Positions 1 through 10,173 of a stretch of 53,856 nucleotides of DNA are shown piece by piece; the first letter of the stretch is position 1; each line of letters begins with the position of its first letter. The translations under genes were made by a program, and so were the position numbers. The notes beneath the pieces were generated by a model. It did no database searches, was not told the DNA's origin, and saw nothing but the letters and a program-made list of their open reading frames with translations. This DNA comes from Anaerolineales bacterium (GTDB lineage: Bacteria > Chloroflexota > Anaerolineae > Anaerolineales > DRKV01), in assembly GCA_020061145.1 (NCBI GenBank), contig JAGUYX010000160.1, forward strand, positions 1-53,856. The letters are read 5' to 3'.

Positions 1-84
1 GTGGGCGGTGAAGGATTCGAACCTCCGAAGGCGTCTGCCAGCTGATTTACAGTCAGCCCCCGTTGGCCACTTGGGTAACCGCCC
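1..84 (-). tRNA. tRNA-Tyr (anticodon GTA), bacterial type with long variable arm; 3' end abuts window edge
   Basis: Reverse complement folds as a cloverleaf: acceptor GGGCGGT/ACCGCCC, anticodon stem GCTGA/TCAGC with loop CTGTAAA, extra arm GGC-AGAC-GCC, T arm GGAGG-TTCGAAT-CCTTC. Confidence 0.9.
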
Positions 85-109
85 AAATTATTCGCCGTTA
101 CCGGCTTGA

Positions 110-138
110 GACCAGAGCCAATAAAATTGGCTCTGGTC
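110..138 (-). other. Perfect 12-bp hairpin in the tRNA-Thr/tRNA-Tyr spacer
   Basis: GACCAGAGCCAA-taaaa-TTGGCTCTGGTC. No flanking U-tract, so it is more likely a processing or structural element than a terminator. Confidence 0.5.
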
Positions 139-154
139 GCCAACCTGTAACGCA

Positions 155-227
155 AGCCGACGATGGGACTTGAACCCATAACCTACCGCTTACAAGGCGG
201 TTGCTCTACCGCTTGAGCTACGTCGGC
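155..227 (-). tRNA. tRNA-Thr (anticodon TGT)
   Basis: Reverse complement GCCGACG-TA-GCTC-AAGCGGTA-GAGC-A-ACCGC-CTTGTAA-GCGGT-AGGTT-ATGGG-TTCAAGT-CCCAT-CGTCGGC-T forms a perfect 73-nt cloverleaf. Confidence 0.93.
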
Positions 228-257
228 AGGGATTTTTTTAATTTTTAAGCGTCTGGC

Positions 258-286
258 ATTATACCAGAGGCATTGCCCAGGGGCAA
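258..286 (-). promoter_or_regulatory. Sigma-70-type promoter for the tRNA-Thr/tRNA-Tyr unit
   Basis: On the minus strand TTGCCC (281..286), 17-nt spacer, then extended -10 TGgTATAAT (-10 hexamer at 258..263), about 30 nt upstream of the tRNA-Thr 5' end. Confidence 0.6.
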
Positions 287-320
287 GATAACCGCCGGAA
301 CTGGGGGGCAGGCGATATAT

Positions 321-347
321 AAAAACACCGCTGACTTCACGCAGCGG
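321..347 (-). terminator. Putative intrinsic terminator downstream of rlmB
   Basis: Minus strand: CCGCTG-cgtgaagt-CAGCGG followed by tgTTTTTatatat. It lies about 60 nt after the rlmB stop. Confidence 0.5.
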
Positions 348-404
348 GGCGAGAGTCTATCAGGTTTTAACACGCGCGTCAATGGAATTGTGAATACCGG
401 CGCA

Positions 405-1142
405 TTAGCGAAATCCACGCGCCTGCCAGGCAAGGTAGAGCGCTACCGAGCCGGCGACTGCCGCATTCAACGACTCAATTTTTCCGCGCATCGGCAGCCT
501 CAATAACAGATCACAGGATTTTTCCACCAGCTGGCGCATACCCTGACCCTCGCTTCCCACCACCAACGCCAGGGCGCCATCCAGGCGCACACGCTCCGGC
601 GGCTGAGATTTCGGGCCTCCATCCAGACCGATGACCCACACATCGGCTTCTTTCAATCGTTGGATAGCCTGAGCCAGGTTCATTTGTGCAATTATCAGGT
701 GTTCACTGGCGCCCGAAGACGCATTCACCACCGCCGGAGTAATCGTGGCCGTGCGGCGCAAAGGCATCAGCACCCCATGCACCCCAACCGCTTCAGCGGT
801 ACGCAACAGGGTACCCAGATTCTGCGGATCCTGTAAAGCATCCAGGATCAGAATAAAGGGAGGCTCTTTCCGTTGGTTGGCGAACGCGAAGATATCGGGG
901 AGTGTCAGATAGGGATAACCGCTCACCTGGAGCAGCACACCCTGATTGGGCTGGAGTATCGCATCCAGTTGAGCGCGGGGGGAAATCTGAATGGGAATTT
1001 TTCGCTGGCGACAGAGGCGCAAGATTTCCTCAAGCCTGCCTTTTTCCTGGACCCCTTCAGCAAGCATCAACTGATATACCTCTCGGCGATCAGCCTGTAA
1101 GGTTTCGTAAACCGGGTGGCGTCCAGGTATCCATTCGCGCAT
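405..1142 (-). CDS. rlmB: TrmH/SpoU family 23S rRNA 2'-O-ribose (Gm2251-type) methyltransferase
   Basis: 245 aa with SpoU motifs (VVGSEGQGMR, IESLNAAVAGSVALY) and an N-terminal SpoU substrate-binding-like region. It lies immediately downstream of cysS, as in Firmicutes cysS-yacO. Confidence 0.85.
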   Translation of the reverse strand: MREWIPGRHPVYETLQADRREVYQLMLAEGVQEKGRLEEILRLCRQRKIPIQISPRAQLDAILQPNQGVLLQVSGYPYLTLPDIFAFANQRKEPPFILILDALQDPQNLGTLLRTAEAVGVHGVLMPLRRTATITPAVVNASSGASEHLIIAQMNLAQAIQRLKEADVWVIGLDGGPKSQPPERVRLDGALALVVGSEGQGMRQLVEKSCDLLLRLPMRGKIESLNAAVAGSVALYLAWQARGFR

Positions 1143-1165
1143 AAATCATCAGGCGTGATGGGAAG

Positions 1166-2569
1166 TTATTCTTTCCAGCGCCAGGATGAACCCTCCCGGC
1201 TATCTTCAATCACCACACCCAGCTCGAGCAGGCGGTCGCGCACCACGTCGGAAAGCGCCCAAAGTTTTTGTTTGCGTAGCTCATTGCGCACCTCCAACAA
1301 CAACTCGATAAACGGGCCGGCTTGCTCGCCGCGCCTGGATTCCACCTGCAAGCGCAGGCCGAGCACACCACTCAGGCGAATTAATTCATTCCGGGCATCG
1401 GCAAGTTGGTCATCCGTCGCCCCGGCATCCCGCGCCTGATTGATCGCCCGCACCAATTCGAACAATGCTGCCAGCGCACCTGCGGTGTTGAAATCGTCAT
1501 CCATGGCTTCCACGAATTCCTGCGCCGTCTTTTTCACCTGGCTGGTAAGACTTTCCAGCACGTCTGCAGGTGCGCCCTGGCTGCCGGGCAGCGCCGGGCG
1601 AATGCCAGAGCGCAAGCGTTCCAGGGCGCGTTTGGCCTGCGCGAGAATTTCATCACTGTAGGATAGGGGATTACGATAGCTGGAGTTGAGCACCATCATG
1701 CGCAAAACATCCCCCTCGTATAAAGAGAGGAACTCTTCGATAGTGATCAAGTTTCCCAGAGATTTCGACATCTTTTCGCCGGAAAGTTGCAGCATCCCAT
1801 TGTGTATCCAGTAACGTGCAAAGGGACGCCCGGTCAGGCTTTCCGTCTGGGCGATTTCATTTTCATGATGCGGGAAAATCAGGTCGTTTCCGCCGCCATG
1901 GATATCGATCTGCTCTCCCAGATGAGTCAGGTTCATCGCCGAGCACTCGATATGCCAGCCCGGTCTGCCAGGACCCCAGGGGCTTTCCCAGGCTGGCTCA
2001 CCGGGTTTGGCGGATTTCCAGAGCGCAAAGTCCATGGGATGCTCTTTGCGTTCATCAACAGAAATCCTGGCGCCTGCCTGCATATCTTCCAGCCGCCGGC
2101 CGGATAATTTGCCATAATCGGCGTCCCTGGTCACCCGAAAATACACATCGCCGTTTTTATTGTAGGCGTAACCCTGAGAGATTAACCGCTGTACCATGTC
2201 GATAATCGTCGACATCTCCTGGGTGGCGCGCGGATTTACCGTGGCAGGCAGGATATTCAAATCTGCCAGGTGCTGGTCGTATTCTCGCGTGTAACGCTCT
2301 GCCAGTTCAAAGGGGTCCATGTTCAGTTCATTGGCGCGCAGAATAATCTTGTCGTCCACATCCGTGTAATTCATTACATGGCGAACTTCATACCCTTTAA
2401 ATTCCAGGTACCGCCGGATAATATCGAACACCAGGGCAGACATGGCATGTCCGATGTGGGCTTTATCGTAGACTGTGGGTCCGCATACGTATAGCGATAC
2501 GCGCCCTGGCACTAGCGTGGTAAACTCTTCTTTCTGGCGGGTGAGGGTGTTATAAACTCGCAAAACCAT
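1166..2569 (-). CDS. cysS: Cysteine--tRNA ligase
   Basis: 467 aa with class I motifs HIGHAMS and KMSKSLGN and the CysRS-like WHIECS segment. RBS GAGGAG precedes the ATG. Confidence 0.95.
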   Translation of the reverse strand: MVLRVYNTLTRQKEEFTTLVPGRVSLYVCGPTVYDKAHIGHAMSALVFDIIRRYLEFKGYEVRHVMNYTDVDDKIILRANELNMDPFELAERYTREYDQHLADLNILPATVNPRATQEMSTIIDMVQRLISQGYAYNKNGDVYFRVTRDADYGKLSGRRLEDMQAGARISVDERKEHPMDFALWKSAKPGEPAWESPWGPGRPGWHIECSAMNLTHLGEQIDIHGGGNDLIFPHHENEIAQTESLTGRPFARYWIHNGMLQLSGEKMSKSLGNLITIEEFLSLYEGDVLRMMVLNSSYRNPLSYSDEILAQAKRALERLRSGIRPALPGSQGAPADVLESLTSQVKKTAQEFVEAMDDDFNTAGALAALFELVRAINQARDAGATDDQLADARNELIRLSGVLGLRLQVESRRGEQAGPFIELLLEVRNELRKQKLWALSDVVRDRLLELGVVIEDSREGSSWRWKE

Positions 2570-2592
2570 CGATTCTCCTCAAAAAAGCCTGC

Positions 2593-3639
2593 TTATTCCC
2601 CGTTCACGCGGGCAAATATCATCCTCCCTGCAGAAGTTTGGAGCACCTTGGTGACTACCACCACCGCTTCGGTGTTGAGCAAAGAGCGACCATCCTCCAC
2701 CACCACCATGGTGCCATCATCCAGATAGCCAACCCCCTGACCGGCCTCTTTGCCTTCTTGGATAATTTTGACCGAGAGTGGCTCGCCGGGCAGGAGCACC
2801 GATTTAACCGCATTGGCCAACTCGTTAATGTTGAGCACCGGAACACCCTGCAATTCGGCCACCCGGTTGAGGTTGTAGTCATTGGTCAAGATCGGGCAAC
2901 GGAGCTGGCGCGCCAGGATCACCAGCTTATCATCGACATCACGCGCCCCTTCCACATCAATATCGCTGATTTGCACCGGGACGGTGGGATCTTTTTGCAA
3001 TTGCGCCAGAACTTCCATACCCCGCCGGCCGCGTTGGCGTCGCAGGCTGTCGGGAGAGTCGGCAATATATTGCAGTTCGTTCAAAACAAAGCGGGGAATG
3101 ATCAATGTGCCGGAGAGAAACCCGGTACGGGCAATATCGGTTATCCGCCCATCGATAATGACGCTGGTATCCATCAGAATCGAGCGTGAGGTGGCGCCAT
3201 CTAACAGGCCAACACCGCTGCGCTCCTGGCGACCGATCAGATTAAATAAATCGGTAGAGCGCGCTACAAATACATAGGTTCCCAGATAACCGAACAACAA
3301 CACAGCCAGCGACGGTAAGAACAGGCTGAATGGCTCGGGTAAACGGGAAAGCGGCAGGGTAACCAGGGCTGCCAGGATCAACCCGCTGACCAGACCAATC
3401 TGCCCGGCAACCAGCTTGCGAGATGATACCTGGGTCAGGCGGGTACGAATCGCTTTTACCGGGCGAGTGGTGATAATGGGAGTAATAATCAGGCCGGTTA
3501 ATGCACCTAGAAGAGCCATAATCGTGGCATATAAACTGGCTTCTTCGCCTGCATAAATTGCCAGCCTGCCTCCATAATACGCTCCCACCAGAGAAAAGAA
3601 AATCATGCCAAGGATACGCGTGATAAAATCCGCGCTCAT
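2593..3639 (-). CDS. Membrane-anchored PIN/TRAM domain protein (YacL-like)
   Basis: 348 aa with N-terminal TM helices, a PIN-like core (ILMDTSVIIDGR) and a C-terminal TRAM-like beta domain. RBS AGGAG. It lies 23 nt upstream of cysS. Confidence 0.8.
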   Translation of the reverse strand: MSADFITRILGMIFFSLVGAYYGGRLAIYAGEEASLYATIMALLGALTGLIITPIITTRPVKAIRTRLTQVSSRKLVAGQIGLVSGLILAALVTLPLSRLPEPFSLFLPSLAVLLFGYLGTYVFVARSTDLFNLIGRQERSGVGLLDGATSRSILMDTSVIIDGRITDIARTGFLSGTLIIPRFVLNELQYIADSPDSLRRQRGRRGMEVLAQLQKDPTVPVQISDIDVEGARDVDDKLVILARQLRCPILTNDYNLNRVAELQGVPVLNINELANAVKSVLLPGEPLSVKIIQEGKEAGQGVGYLDDGTMVVVEDGRSLLNTEAVVVVTKVLQTSAGRMIFARVNGE

Positions 3640-3926
3640 AAGTGCTGTCTCCTGAATAATGGCAAATGACGCCGAAAGAACAGGCCGCCGAGATCCTTAT
3701 CCGCTGTTTCCACAAGGTGCAATTCGTTAAATAATATAAAAAATCCGCTGCTACCTGGAAATCAAGTCCAAATTGACTCGGATCTGGAAACTCTGATCTA
3801 ATTGTACTGCAAGAATCCACGAATGCCCCTCCCCGGATTTACCTATCGTATACTGCCGTGTTTTTATGGTAAGCTAACCGGTCAGGGAGATAAATATTTT
3901 GTAATGAAAGCGAACTCCTGGAGGTT

Positions 3927-4685
3927 ATGAACCGGGATCTAGAAAAAGCCGCCCTGCGGGGTGAACCCTCATACGTGTGGCGCGCCGGCCAGGAGAGGCG
4001 GCTTGGATTAATCCGACAGGCAGCGGAACAACGCCTGCAGGGTCTTATTCTGGAAAATGGCTGTGGGGTAGGTATGTATGTCGATCACCTGGCTCCCTTT
4101 GGAGGTCAGGTCATAGGTCTGGAATATGACCTGGAGCGAGCACGCCTCGCCCGCAGCATATCTGAAAACATCCTCGGCGCTGCCGGGGAGTCACTGCCCT
4201 TTCCAGATGATCGGTTCGATTTGATATTAAGTCACGAGGTGATCGAACACGTTCAGGATGATCGCCAGGCGATTTTTGAGATGGTGCGCACGCTCAAACC
4301 CGGCGGGCGGCTGGTGCTTTTCTGCCCGAACCGGGGATATCCGTTTGAAACGCATGGGATTTACTGGCGCGGACGGTACCGCTTCGGGAATATTCCTCTG
4401 GTGAATTATCTTCCCCGTCGCTGGCGTAACCGGCTGGCGCCACACGTGCGTGTGTATGGCGCAGGCGACCTGATGTGCCTGTTCGCCGGCCTGCCGGTGA
4501 GAGTGGTGGAACAACGGATAATTTTCGGCGCTTATGACAACCTCATCCAGCGATTCCCCCGCGGGGGAAAATGGTTACGGGATTTGCTGCAGAGCCTGGA
4601 AAATACACCCCTGCGCTGGCTGGGATTGTCGCACTTCTGGGTGGTCGAAAAAGTCCCGCCGCTTCAGGCAGCCCGAAAATCATAA
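3927..4685 (+). CDS. Class I SAM-dependent methyltransferase
   Basis: 252 aa with SAM motif I LENGCGVGMY and a Methyltransf_11-like layout. RBS GGAGG. Confidence 0.8.
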   Translation: MNRDLEKAALRGEPSYVWRAGQERRLGLIRQAAEQRLQGLILENGCGVGMYVDHLAPFGGQVIGLEYDLERARLARSISENILGAAGESLPFPDDRFDLILSHEVIEHVQDDRQAIFEMVRTLKPGGRLVLFCPNRGYPFETHGIYWRGRYRFGNIPLVNYLPRRWRNRLAPHVRVYGAGDLMCLFAGLPVRVVEQRIIFGAYDNLIQRFPRGGKWLRDLLQSLENTPLRWLGLSHFWVVEKVPPLQAARKS

Positions 4686-5569
4686 ATTCCGCCAACCAAA
4701 GGCCAAACCCGCTTACATTCAGGACAGGCCAAACCCTGTGGCGTTTCTCGCAGGGCGTCCGATTTGCATACCGGACAGCAGAAGATGTTCTCTGCGTGGC
4801 GAGCCGGCCTGGTTTGTCCCGGTTTTCCACTCGCCCGGGCGCCCACGAACACACTTGGGCTCAGTTGCCACCAATCTCCGGTGAGTTGAGCAGCCGAATC
4901 CAGCTTTACCAATAAACTGAGCGGTAAGACTCGTTTGAGCAGATCAATGCGAAAATGGGATACCGTAAGCTGGCGGTCAATTTCGAAGCCTGTCTCTCGC
5001 AGCCAGCGCCGGATACTTGCCGGGTGAAAATCAAAGTTCAGGTGAACGAACTCCACCGGCTCAGGAGTGAAGGGGTTCCATGCCTGCCTGCGCAGGAAAT
5101 ACCGCAAAATAGCCTTCAAATTTTGTTTGTTTGCATATTCCAGGATAAATGTGGCGCCTGGCTCCAGGGATAAATGTATCTGGCGTAACGCCAGGGGGGC
5201 ATCCGCCATGTGATGCAGGGTGCGAATCATGGTGGCGGCATCGAAGATGCCATCACAGAAAGGTAAATGGTAAATATTGGCAGCGACATACAGATAACGT
5301 CCGCCCTGTCCCAGGCGTGCCTGCGCCTGCTGTAGCTGGGTAAGGGAATAATCCAGCAAAACCACCTGCTGATAACCACCGTAACGGGGCGTATTCCTGC
5401 CAGCGCCAGCGCCCAGTTCCAACAGTCTGTACCCTTCAGCAGGTAACAGCCGTCGCAGGGCAAGCGCCTCGACTCGATCCTCGTATTCACGCTCGCCTGA
5501 TTCCCAGAATATCTGCTGGTAATCTGAGCCTTCGTAGTCAATTACGGGGGGTGTGGGTTGTTCTGCCAT
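4664..5569 (-). CDS. Class I SAM-dependent methyltransferase with C-terminal Trm112-like zinc ribbon
   Basis: 301 aa with motif I LLELGAGAGRNT and a C-terminal CPVC-x16-CPEC followed by GGIYDF. Its 3' end overlaps the convergent methyltransferase gene by 22 nt. Confidence 0.8.
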   Translation of the reverse strand: MAEQPTPPVIDYEGSDYQQIFWESGEREYEDRVEALALRRLLPAEGYRLLELGAGAGRNTPRYGGYQQVVLLDYSLTQLQQAQARLGQGGRYLYVAANIYHLPFCDGIFDAATMIRTLHHMADAPLALRQIHLSLEPGATFILEYANKQNLKAILRYFLRRQAWNPFTPEPVEFVHLNFDFHPASIRRWLRETGFEIDRQLTVSHFRIDLLKRVLPLSLLVKLDSAAQLTGDWWQLSPSVFVGARASGKPGQTRPARHAENIFCCPVCKSDALRETPQGLACPECKRVWPLVGGIYDFRAA

Positions 5570-5583
5570 CGCTTTTTACGCAA

Positions 5584-5612
5584 GACGTGCCAGCAACCAG
5601 TGCTGGCACGTC
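5584..5612 (-). terminator. Terminator-like perfect hairpin downstream of ugd
   Basis: GACGTGCCAGCA-accag-TGCTGGCACGTC (12 bp) about 30 nt after the ugd stop. Only a weak T-tract follows on the minus strand. Confidence 0.45.
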
Positions 5613-5641
5613 CACTTTAGCCATTTCGTACCCGCGGTTTA

Positions 5642-6991
5642 TCAGACCGCGGTTGTAAATTCGTCAATGGTATAGGTAGTGGTTCCGTTACCATCAAAGC
5701 CACGACCGATTGCACGGTAATTATAGCCCAGGGCGCGGACGGTGGCCGGGTCGTAGATGTTGCGCCCATCGTATAAAACCGGCGTCCGCATCAAATCCCG
5801 CACCTGGCGTAAATCCAATTGTTTAAATTCGTTCCAATCGGTCACCACAATCAAGGCATCGCTATCCTGCGCAGCTTCATATGCATCCCGGCACATCTGC
5901 ACTTCAGGCAGCAGGTTTCTGGCAACTTTCATGGCTACCGGGTCATACGCCTTAACTGTCGCACCTTCAGCCAGGATGGCCGCAGCAATATCCACCGCAG
6001 GGGCATCGCGCATATCATCTGTGTTGGGTTTGAAAGCTAACCCCAGGATGCCGATCTGTTTGCCGGCGAAACCGCCAACCATCCTGCGCAGATCTTCAAT
6101 CGCAGTCCGGCGGCGGTCGGAGTTGATTTCCATCACCGCGCGTAACAACTGAGGGTGGCGACCTTTTTCAGCAGCCATATGCGCCAGGGCCAATACATCC
6201 TTGGGGAAGCAGGAACCGCCATAACCCATGCCGGCTTCCAGGAAATGCGGCCCAATCCGGTTGTCATAACCCATACCCACTGCAACTTCTTTAACGTCTG
6301 CGCCCAGCGCTTCGCAAATATTCGCCATCTCATTGATAAATGAAATTTTGGTCGCCAGGAAGGCATTCGAAGCGTACTTGATCATCTCGGCGGTACGCAG
6401 GTCGGTAATCATAATCGGAGCGCGTAAGGGAAGATGTAGCTGGGCAACTTTTTCTGCCGCTTCGCGGTCCAAAGAGCCAAGGATGGTACGGTGAGGATTC
6501 ATAAAATCGGAGATGGCGGAGCCTTCCCGCAAAAACTCCGGGCAAGAAACCACCGCAAAAGGCACCGGTTTGACCTGGCTATCGCGGACGATATCCGCTA
6601 CCCAGTCGCCTGTACCTACCGGCACGGTGGACTTGTTGATAATGATCAGGTTATCCTGCATATGTTCGGCAATGCTGCGCGCTGCGGCAGCCACATATTG
6701 GAGATCAGCCTCCCCATCGACACCGGAAGGCGTGCCAACTGCAATAAACGCGAACTCGGTGCTATCCAGCGCGTCGGCATACGACGTGGTAAAGGTAATC
6801 CGCCCGGATTTTACATTCCGTTCGACCAGTTCTTCCAGACCGGGTTCATAGATAGGCATTTTAAGTGCTTTGAGCCCTTCGATTTTTTCCTCATCAATGT
6901 CCAGGGCAATCACCCGGTTCCCTAGATCGGCAAAACAAGCTGCAGTCACCAGGCCAACATAGCCCACCCCAACGACACAAATCTGCTTCAT
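5642..6991 (-). CDS. ugd: UDP-glucose 6-dehydrogenase (UDP-glucose/GDP-mannose dehydrogenase family)
   Basis: 449 aa with Rossmann motif GVGYVGL and catalytic Cys region [16 protein letters not shown]. Confidence 0.9.
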   Translation of the reverse strand: MKQICVVGVGYVGLVTAACFADLGNRVIALDIDEEKIEGLKALKMPIYEPGLEELVERNVKSGRITFTTSYADALDSTEFAFIAVGTPSGVDGEADLQYVAAAARSIAEHMQDNLIIINKSTVPVGTGDWVADIVRDSQVKPVPFAVVSCPEFLREGSAISDFMNPHRTILGSLDREAAEKVAQLHLPLRAPIMITDLRTAEMIKYASNAFLATKISFINEMANICEALGADVKEVAVGMGYDNRIGPHFLEAGMGYGGSCFPKDVLALAHMAAEKGRHPQLLRAVMEINSDRRRTAIEDLRRMVGGFAGKQIGILGLAFKPNTDDMRDAPAVDIAAAILAEGATVKAYDPVAMKVARNLLPEVQMCRDAYEAAQDSDALIVVTDWNEFKQLDLRQVRDLMRTPVLYDGRNIYDPATVRALGYNYRAIGRGFDGNGTTTYTIDEFTTAV

Positions 6992-7257
6992 AAAAGGTCC
7001 TCCACATTCAGGCTTGTGGAATTACTGGCATAAACTTGATTTTGTCAGCCAGCAAGTGATGCGATCAGCCCGCAAATCTTACCATGGTTTTACAGACCGT
7101 CCGCTTTCATTTTTTTTAGTATATTCCCCCACTGTGCGACAAATGACATAAGCACAGGATGACCTCTGTCACTTGTAAATCGGACAACGTACACCTAAAA
7201 TATAAATTGACTAATAAAGATATTCTATACCTGTAATGCAAGAATATGGAGTAACCG

Positions 7258-7677
7258 ATGCAAATCACCCGACAAGCCGACTATGCCATCCGCGCTGTGC
7301 TTTATCTTTCCCAGATTGGATCATCTGAACGCGCCTCCACCAGCCAGATCGCCCAGGAACAGCACATTCCACCTTCATTCCTGGCTAAAATTGTTTCGCA
7401 GCTTTCCGTGGCAGGTCTGTTACAGACCTCGCGTGGCGCACGCGGAGGGGTATCTCTGGCCAAGAATCCCAATGACATCACCCTGCTTGAGGTGATTGAA
7501 GCCATCGATGGGCCGATATTATTGAACGAGTGCGTGGCCGACGAAGCCAATTGTACTTTCAGTGAAGATTGCCCGTTACGGCCGGTGTGGTGTGAAGCCC
7601 AGGCCGAGCTGGTAAGCCGGCTGAATAACACCCATTTCGGGCAGTTTGTCAACCAGAAAGTGTTGTCCCTGGCCTGA
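7258..7677 (+). CDS. Rrf2 family transcriptional regulator (probable Fe-S ligating)
   Basis: 139 aa with an Rrf2 wHTH N-terminus (MQITRQADYAIRAVLYL) and a Cys cluster C-x6-C-x5-C-x6-C. Confidence 0.85.
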   Translation: MQITRQADYAIRAVLYLSQIGSSERASTSQIAQEQHIPPSFLAKIVSQLSVAGLLQTSRGARGGVSLAKNPNDITLLEVIEAIDGPILLNECVADEANCTFSEDCPLRPVWCEAQAELVSRLNNTHFGQFVNQKVLSLA

Positions 7678-7797
7678 TCCGTTGCATTTACCCGTTCCGC
7701 TGCCTGGCAACGGGACGACCTTCCTTCAACATAATCGCGAAGCACCCTCGGGTGATTATCTCGTTTGTGGCGCTGAATTTGCCTGATAATCCCCTCC

Positions 7798-7843
7798 TCA
7801 GGAATTATAATTTTCCGTGGAGGGGATTTTATTTCCTCGAAAA
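7798..7843 (+). terminator. Intrinsic terminator after the Rrf2 gene
   Basis: AATCCCCTCC-(21-nt partly self-paired loop)-GGAGGGGATT followed by TT-A-TTT. Confidence 0.55.
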
Positions 7844-7893
7844 GAAATCTCCTGGTGAACCATTTCCCTTACCCGGCTTTGCGGAGGCAGATC

Positions 7894-9552
7894 ATGAGTA
7901 AACCACGTACCGTCCGTGCACCCAGAGGCGCTCAGTTAACCTGTAAATCCTGGCAAACGGAAGCCGCTTACCGTATGATCCAGAACAACCTGGATCCTGA
8001 AGTAGCCGAACGACCACAGGATCTGGTGGTATATGGCGGCAAAGGGCAGGCCGCCCGCAGCTGGGAGGCTTTGGACGCCATCCTGGAAAGCCTGAAAACC
8101 CTGGAAGACGATGAGACCCTGCTGGTACAGTCGGGCAAACCGGTCGCTGTCTTTCGCACCCATACCGATGCCCCGCGGGTGTTGATCGCCAATTCCAATC
8201 TGGTGCCGCATTGGGCAACCCAGGAATATTTTGATCAATTGGCTGCCCGGGGTCTGATCATGTACGGGCAGATGACAGCCGGGTCGTGGATTTATATCGG
8301 CACCCAGGGTATTTTACAGGGTACATACGAGACGCTGGCATCATTGGCGACCCAACGGGGTTGGCCCTCGCTCAAAGGCAAGTTCGTCCTCACTGCGGGT
8401 TTGGGTGGGATGGGCGGCGCCCAGCCTCTGGCAATTACCATGAACGAAGGAGTAGGGTTGATTGTCGAGGTAGACCCGGAACGCGCCCGGCGGCGGCATG
8501 AAATCGGGTATGTCGATCTGGTGGTGGACACCCTGGAAGAAGCCATGACTCTGGTGGAAGAGGCACAGGAAAACGAAATTCCTCGCTCGATCGGGTTGAT
8601 TGGCAACGCCGCGGATATTTTCCCCGAGCTGGCTCTGCGTGGGATCACCCCGGATGTGGTCACCGACCAGACTCCGGCCCACGACGTTTCCATGTACATC
8701 CCCAGCGATTACACCCCGGAAACAGCCGCAGACCTGCGCCGGGCGGATCCCGATCTTTACCAGCGCCTGTCCCTGGATTCGATTGCGCGCCACGTGGAGG
8801 CCATGTTGACCTTTCAAAAACGCGGCGCCGAAGTATTCGATTACGGCAACAATATCCGCCAGCGCGCCTACGACCATGGAGTTAAAGATGCGTTTAATTT
8901 CCCCGGTTTTGTGCCGGCTTATATCCGCCCTTTGTTCTGTGAGGGCAAGGGACCCTTTCGCTGGGTAGCGCTTTCCGGCGACCCGCGGGACATCTACCGC
9001 ACCGATGAAAAAATCGCCCGGCTCTTCCCGGACGATAAGCACTTACAGCGTTGGCTGCGTATGGCAGGGGAAAAGGTGCCTTTTCAGGGGTTGCCCGCGC
9101 GTATTTGCTGGTTGGGATATGGCGAACGCGCCCGTGCCGGCCTGGCTTTCAATGAAATGGTGGCGCGGGGCGAAGTCAGCGCGCCAATTGTCATCGGCCG
9201 CGACCATCTGGATTCGGGTTCGGTAGCCTCCCCCAACCGGGAGACCGAAGCCATGCAGGATGGCAGCGACGCCATCAGTGATTGGCCGATCCTGAATGCG
9301 TTAATCAACGCGGTGGGAGGCGCAACCTGGGTGTCCTTTCATCATGGCGGTGGAGTGGGCATTGGCTTCAGCCAGCATGCCGGGCAGGTGATCGTCGCCG
9401 ATGGCACGCCGGAAGCAGCCCGCCGCCTGGAGCGTGTGTTGACTACCGATCCGGGGATAGGTGTGGTGCGGCATGCTGATGCCGGTTACGAAACCGCGAT
9501 TGCTGCTGTCCGCAAACACGGTATTCGCATGCCGATGCTCAAGGAACAGTAA
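7894..9552 (+). CDS. hutU: Urocanate hydratase
   Basis: Full-length urocanase-like sequence, including the [15 protein letters not shown]-site region. I use ATG 7894, preceded by GGAGG, rather than the track's GTG at 7855. Confidence 0.92.
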   Translation: MSKPRTVRAPRGAQLTCKSWQTEAAYRMIQNNLDPEVAERPQDLVVYGGKGQAARSWEALDAILESLKTLEDDETLLVQSGKPVAVFRTHTDAPRVLIANSNLVPHWATQEYFDQLAARGLIMYGQMTAGSWIYIGTQGILQGTYETLASLATQRGWPSLKGKFVLTAGLGGMGGAQPLAITMNEGVGLIVEVDPERARRRHEIGYVDLVVDTLEEAMTLVEEAQENEIPRSIGLIGNAADIFPELALRGITPDVVTDQTPAHDVSMYIPSDYTPETAADLRRADPDLYQRLSLDSIARHVEAMLTFQKRGAEVFDYGNNIRQRAYDHGVKDAFNFPGFVPAYIRPLFCEGKGPFRWVALSGDPRDIYRTDEKIARLFPDDKHLQRWLRMAGEKVPFQGLPARICWLGYGERARAGLAFNEMVARGEVSAPIVIGRDHLDSGSVASPNRETEAMQDGSDAISDWPILNALINAVGGATWVSFHHGGGVGIGFSQHAGQVIVADGTPEAARRLERVLTTDPGIGVVRHADAGYETAIAAVRKHGIRMPMLKEQ

Positions 9553-9563
9553 ATTTATCCGGT

Positions 9564-10073
9564 TTACCTGCCCGCCTGCCCTGGTGGAGCAGTGAACTCC
9601 TGGATGGGGCCCTCCCAGTCCCCATCCTGTACCTCGCGGAAATTTCCCCCGCAATATTCGCCGATAACTTGCCGCCAGAAAGCCTGGGCAGCTTTGTTTT
9701 CTTCAATTTCAGTAACGCGCCATAAACCAGGAAACCTGTCGAAAACCTGAAAAGCAGCCTGTTTGCCTATATGCTGGCGCCTGTATTTGCGCAGAATGAA
9801 AAACTCAGCAATATGATGCACCAGCTCGCCATTGTCCAGTCCCTGATCGCGCACCAGCACAAATCCAGCCAACCGGCCGTTTACCCGTACCAGAAAAGGG
9901 TGCCAGGCGGGATCTGTCCAATAAAAATCGAGATACTCGTAGCCGTATAGACCAGATTCGTCGACATCGCTGCCGGTGAATTCAGAAAAATCATACAGAT
10001 AGAGCTCCATCAAATTGCGCAGGGTGGATTTGTCGGCCAGGGTAGCCCGGTGCAAGGTAGCGGTGGGTGTCAT
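9564..10073 (-). CDS. GNAT family N-acetyltransferase
   Basis: 169 aa with acetyl-CoA binding motif A-like RKYRRQHIGKQAA. Confidence 0.75.
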   Translation of the reverse strand: MTPTATLHRATLADKSTLRNLMELYLYDFSEFTGSDVDESGLYGYEYLDFYWTDPAWHPFLVRVNGRLAGFVLVRDQGLDNGELVHHIAEFFILRKYRRQHIGKQAAFQVFDRFPGLWRVTEIEENKAAQAFWRQVIGEYCGGNFREVQDGDWEGPIQEFTAPPGQAGR

Positions 10074-10173
10074 GGCTAAGATGATACCGGAACTTTTCTA
10101 TACATCAAGCCCAAAGCACGAAATGAGCTAAATATGCCTGTGATAAAATCCAGCGGGGCGGCGGTGCATATTT

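Noticed and set aside
1-404. tRNA genes as an integration hotspot for a genomic island
   Set aside because: No integrase, no direct repeat of a tRNA 3' end, and no compositional shift in the adjacent 50 kb. The neighbouring genes are core housekeeping.
7855-7893. GTG-initiated 13-codon extension of hutU
   Set aside because: ATG 7894 is preceded by GGAGG at optimal spacing, and urocanase homology begins after it.
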